In this document: one piece after another, positions 61,306 to 64,000 of the stretch
Layout of the letters: every line of letters begins with the position of its first letter
Numbering within the stretch: position 1 is the stretch's first letter
NCBI RefSeq assembly: GCF_963921235.1
Contig: NC_086097.1
Location: forward strand, 122,638,001-122,702,000
Source: Mobula hypostoma
Taxonomy: Eukaryota
Direction: 5' to 3'
Length of the DNA: 64,000 nucleotides
Made by a program: the position numbers and the translations under genes
Notes under the pieces: model-generated
Seen by the model: the letters and a program-made list of their open reading frames with translations, nothing else
Database searches by the model: none
What the model was told of the DNA's origin: nothing

Positions 61306-62736
61306 TGTCATGGTCTGGTCCGTGAAGTCTGCGGTCCAGTTCACGGTCCGGTCCGTGGACTCAGGACTCCGGATCTTCCAGCTGTCCCTTGTTTTGGTTG
61401 AGTTAATCATAGGCACCTGATTCCCATCTGGGGCTTGGATTATAAATAGCCTTGGGGTTGAGTGTGAGCTGCTAGTTTGTCTTGTCAAGATCCCCTGGGA
61501 GCAACCTGCTGGTGGAAGGCTAGAGCGGCCTCTTGTCACCTTTAGGCCGCATTAGAGAACCATCGCTTCATGGAGCCTTGCTGTTGGTAGTTGGAGCCGT
61601 CTTTGTGGTATGGATTCGGCTGTCTCCCGGGCCAGCTGAGTGGCTGCCAGCCACTCCGAGCTAGGTAGGGATCTGGTTGCTTCTGTAGTCAGCTGAGGTT
61701 GCTGGCCAAACTGAGACTCGGAGCTACCCCAATGCAGAGATGGAACTGTCTGTCATTCTTCGGTGTTTGTCTCTTCTTGTCCTTGCCTCTGTGGGGTAAG
61801 CTAGGCCATTTTTCTGTTGCCCTGCAGGGGGATCTGTCTTGTCTTGTCCTCGCCTCTGTGGGGTAAGTCCAGCCGTTCTGCCTTTACCTGACAGAGGGAC
61901 CTGTCCCACCTTGGTGTGGAGATAAGTTGAGTCCCAGCTTCTCTAAAGATAAGTCCCGGCTCTATGTCTATATACTGTCCAGTCTCATGTTATTGTCGTG
62001 TTAAAGATGAGTCCTGGCTTTTCGAAGGATAAGTCCTGGCTGTCTGTTGATGTACAGTTCCCAGTCTGTCTCCGAGCTCCAGCCTCCGAGTTATCAGCCT
62101 CCGCATTCCAAGATCCCAGCTCCCAGCCTGTCTCCAAGTTCAAGAGCCAAGACCCCAGCCTGTCTCCAAGTTCAAGAGCCAAGACCCCAGCCTGTCTCCA
62201 AGTTCAAGAGCCAAGACCCCAGCCTGTCTCCAGGTTCAAGAGCCAAGACCCCAGCCTGTCTTCAGGTTCAAGAGCCAAGACCCCAGCCTGTCTCCAGGTT
62301 CAAGAGCCAAGACCCCAGCCTGTCTCCAGGTTCAAGAGCCAAGACCCCAGCCTGTCTCGAAGTTCAAGAGCCAAGGTCCCAGCCTGTCTCCAAGTTCAAG
62401 CCTCTAGACCCCAGCCACGTCCTATCCTTGCCTGATTCTAGGGTCCAAGCCCGAGGTAAGACTCAGGTTCTAGGTCCTTGTCCAGTCTCTGGCTCGGAGT
62501 CCAAGCCTTGTCTCCTAGTCCATGGTTTCTAGTCCTGGTCCCACTCTCCCTTGCCCAGGCTCCTAGTTCTTAGTTCCTTGTCCAAGTTCCCTGTCTTGTT
62601 CCTGTCCTAGCCCTAGTGTGCGTTCTTGTCCCTGCTCCTTGTCTGTATCCTGTCACGTCCCTACTCTAGTCAAGTCCTGTTCCTTGTACTTCAGTGTCTG
62701 TGTCTTGCATTTGGGTCCATTCCCAACATTGTGACA
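61306..62736 (+). mobile_element. Solo LTR (1431 bp) with 5-bp TSD
   Basis: TGTCA...TGACA termini; TTTCT at 61301-61305 and 62737-62741; TATAAATA at 61441. Confidence 0.88.
62122..62416. repeat. 32-bp minisatellite (CCCAGCCTGTCTCCAAGTTCAAGAGCCAAGAC) x ~9 inside the LTR
   Basis: Period 32 (CAAGAG at 62141, 62173, 62205...); no spacers. Confidence 0.97.
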
Positions 62737-63136
62737 TTTCTCTAACTTCTGATAATTTCTTCCCATCCAGTTCCACTTCTCTCACCTTCCTTTCCCCATT
62801 CTGGCTCCCGTTTCACCTCCTCCCTTCTCCTTACCAGCCTATCACTTCCATCTGGTGCCCCTACTCTTTCCCTTTCTCCCACAGCCCATTCTCGTCCCCT
62901 ATCAGATTCCATTTTCAGCCCTTTACCTTTTTCACCCATCACCTCCCAGCTTTGTATTTCTTCCCCGTTCTCCACCCAACCACCTTCCCCCTTGTTCGGC
63001 TTCACCTTCTAGCTCATACTCCTGCTCTTCTTCCCATCTTCTTATTCTGGCTTCCTCCCCTTTTCTTTCTAGTCCTGATGAAGGGTCTCAGCCTGAAATG
63101 TTGACACTTCATTCCTCTTCAGAGATGCTGCCTGAC

Positions 63137-63620
63137 TTCATAATAATAATAATAAGTACTTTATTGATCTCAAATAGGAAATTATTTTGTTACAGCAGCA
63201 ACATTTAAAATAATAATAATAAATTCAAAAATCAGTAAATAATAAAGAATAGTAATAATTACAATATTAGCTAACAAAGTACAGCATAATAATATATGCA
63301 ATAATAATTTACCAATGTGCAATAATGTACCATAATAATGTATGAAATAATAAAACAGAGATGATTGTACCATGCTATGTGTTCTCTTGTCGCACAGTGA
63401 TGAACTGTTGTATATGCTTATTGCATTTGGTAGGAAAGATGTTCTGTAATGATCCTTGTGTTAGCAGAGCTGTATGATACTTTTCTAAAAGGTGCTCCGC
63501 TACTTATTCAGTTTGTCATGGAGAGGATGTGCTTGATGGTCCATAATGGATAATAGTTTGTTTAGTGACCTCCTCTCCACCAGTAACTCAAAAGAGTCTG
63601 GGTTGTAGCCAATGATGGAT
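63137..63620 (-). mobile_element. Rex1-type LINE 3' fragment inserted in the Penelope terminal segment
   Basis: ERRSLNKLLSIMDHQAHPLH...YRTSFLPNAISIYN; (TAA)n tail. Host ATGCTGCCTGAC resumes as TGCTGAGTTCCTCCAGC at ~63622. Confidence 0.75.
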
Positions 63621-64000
63621 TTGCTGAGTTCCTCCAGCATTTTATTTATATAAGTTTATATACCCTTGTTATGAACCCTACAATTACACTCCCAAAGCAG
63701 CCTGAATGAGCTGGGATAGACCTAATTTCATTTGAGGATGTGTAACATTGAATCAGGTTTGCAAGTCTGGCAAATGATGATCCAACCGTCACACCAGTTT
63801 GACTCTCGTGAATTCCCTGTTACGTATAAAACATAGAAGTACCATACCCAGTACTGTAAACCTGAATAGACACCTCCCAGTGTACCACAGTAATCCACCA
63901 GCCCCACCCTGGAGTGTAATAGCTAAAGAGCTGGTCCCGCTCTTTACTTCATACACTGTGTCTTGGGTATGAAGAACCAGGTGAGTGATGTTCTCCAACC

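Larger units (their letters stand above)
61080..63136 (+). mobile_element. Penelope-like element 3' part (GIY-YIG endonuclease remnant, CT-rich UTR, hammerhead motif), split by a solo LTR
   Basis: YISETQCRLG...LPVANHF...LRLEEQHL...MNIDFSNF once the LTR is removed; AGTCCTGATGAAGGGTCTCAGCCTGAAATGTTGAC from 63071. Confidence 0.8.

Noticed and set aside
62122..62416. CRISPR-like 32-bp repeats
   Set aside because: Units are directly tandem with no unique spacers, there are no cas genes, and the context is a eukaryotic LTR.
61998..62532. Repetitive 145-aa and 161-aa ORFs
   Set aside because: By-products of a stop-free 32-bp tandem repeat.
63954..63986. CACTGTG followed by a splice donor, resembling an RSS plus Ig/TCR J segment
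   Set aside because: No GGTTTTTGT nonamer at 12/23 spacing and no W/F-G-x-G motif.

Overview
Eukaryotic, vertebrate, repeat-dense DNA, probably intronic or intergenic. The mix of repeat families points to a cartilaginous fish, probably a ray, but that is inference. I cannot identify any host gene; a few possible exons are flagged at low confidence. Every long, recognisable ORF belongs to a transposable element. These are: four young CR1 LINE copies from two subfamilies (5756-7974 +, 13895-17213 +, 47662-49907 -, 57436-59584 -); many older CR1 fragments; a near full-length decayed L1 (~35830-40905 -); a Tc1 transposon with a nested CR1 (21415-24728); non-autonomous Tc1 derivatives; Rex1/Babar fragments; V-SINE-like SINEs; Penelope-like remnants; and a 1431-bp solo LTR with a 5-bp TSD. 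Three signals stand out. (1) A U_UUA_AAC slippery heptamer sits directly before the ORF1 stop in two divergent CR1 families, with ORF2 in the -1 frame; in the young copy ORF2 has no AUG ahead of the endonuclease domain. This suggests -1 ribosomal frameshifting to an ORF1-ORF2 fusion. (2) Minimal hammerhead ribozyme motifs occur in Penelope-derived repeats, including an intact one in a 127-bp insertion with a 13-bp TSD. (3) Three of the four young CR1 copies are 5'-truncated within ~90 nt of each other. There is no evidence for prokaryotic systems, CRISPR arrays, rRNA or true tRNA genes. Boundaries of old elements are approximate, read by eye.
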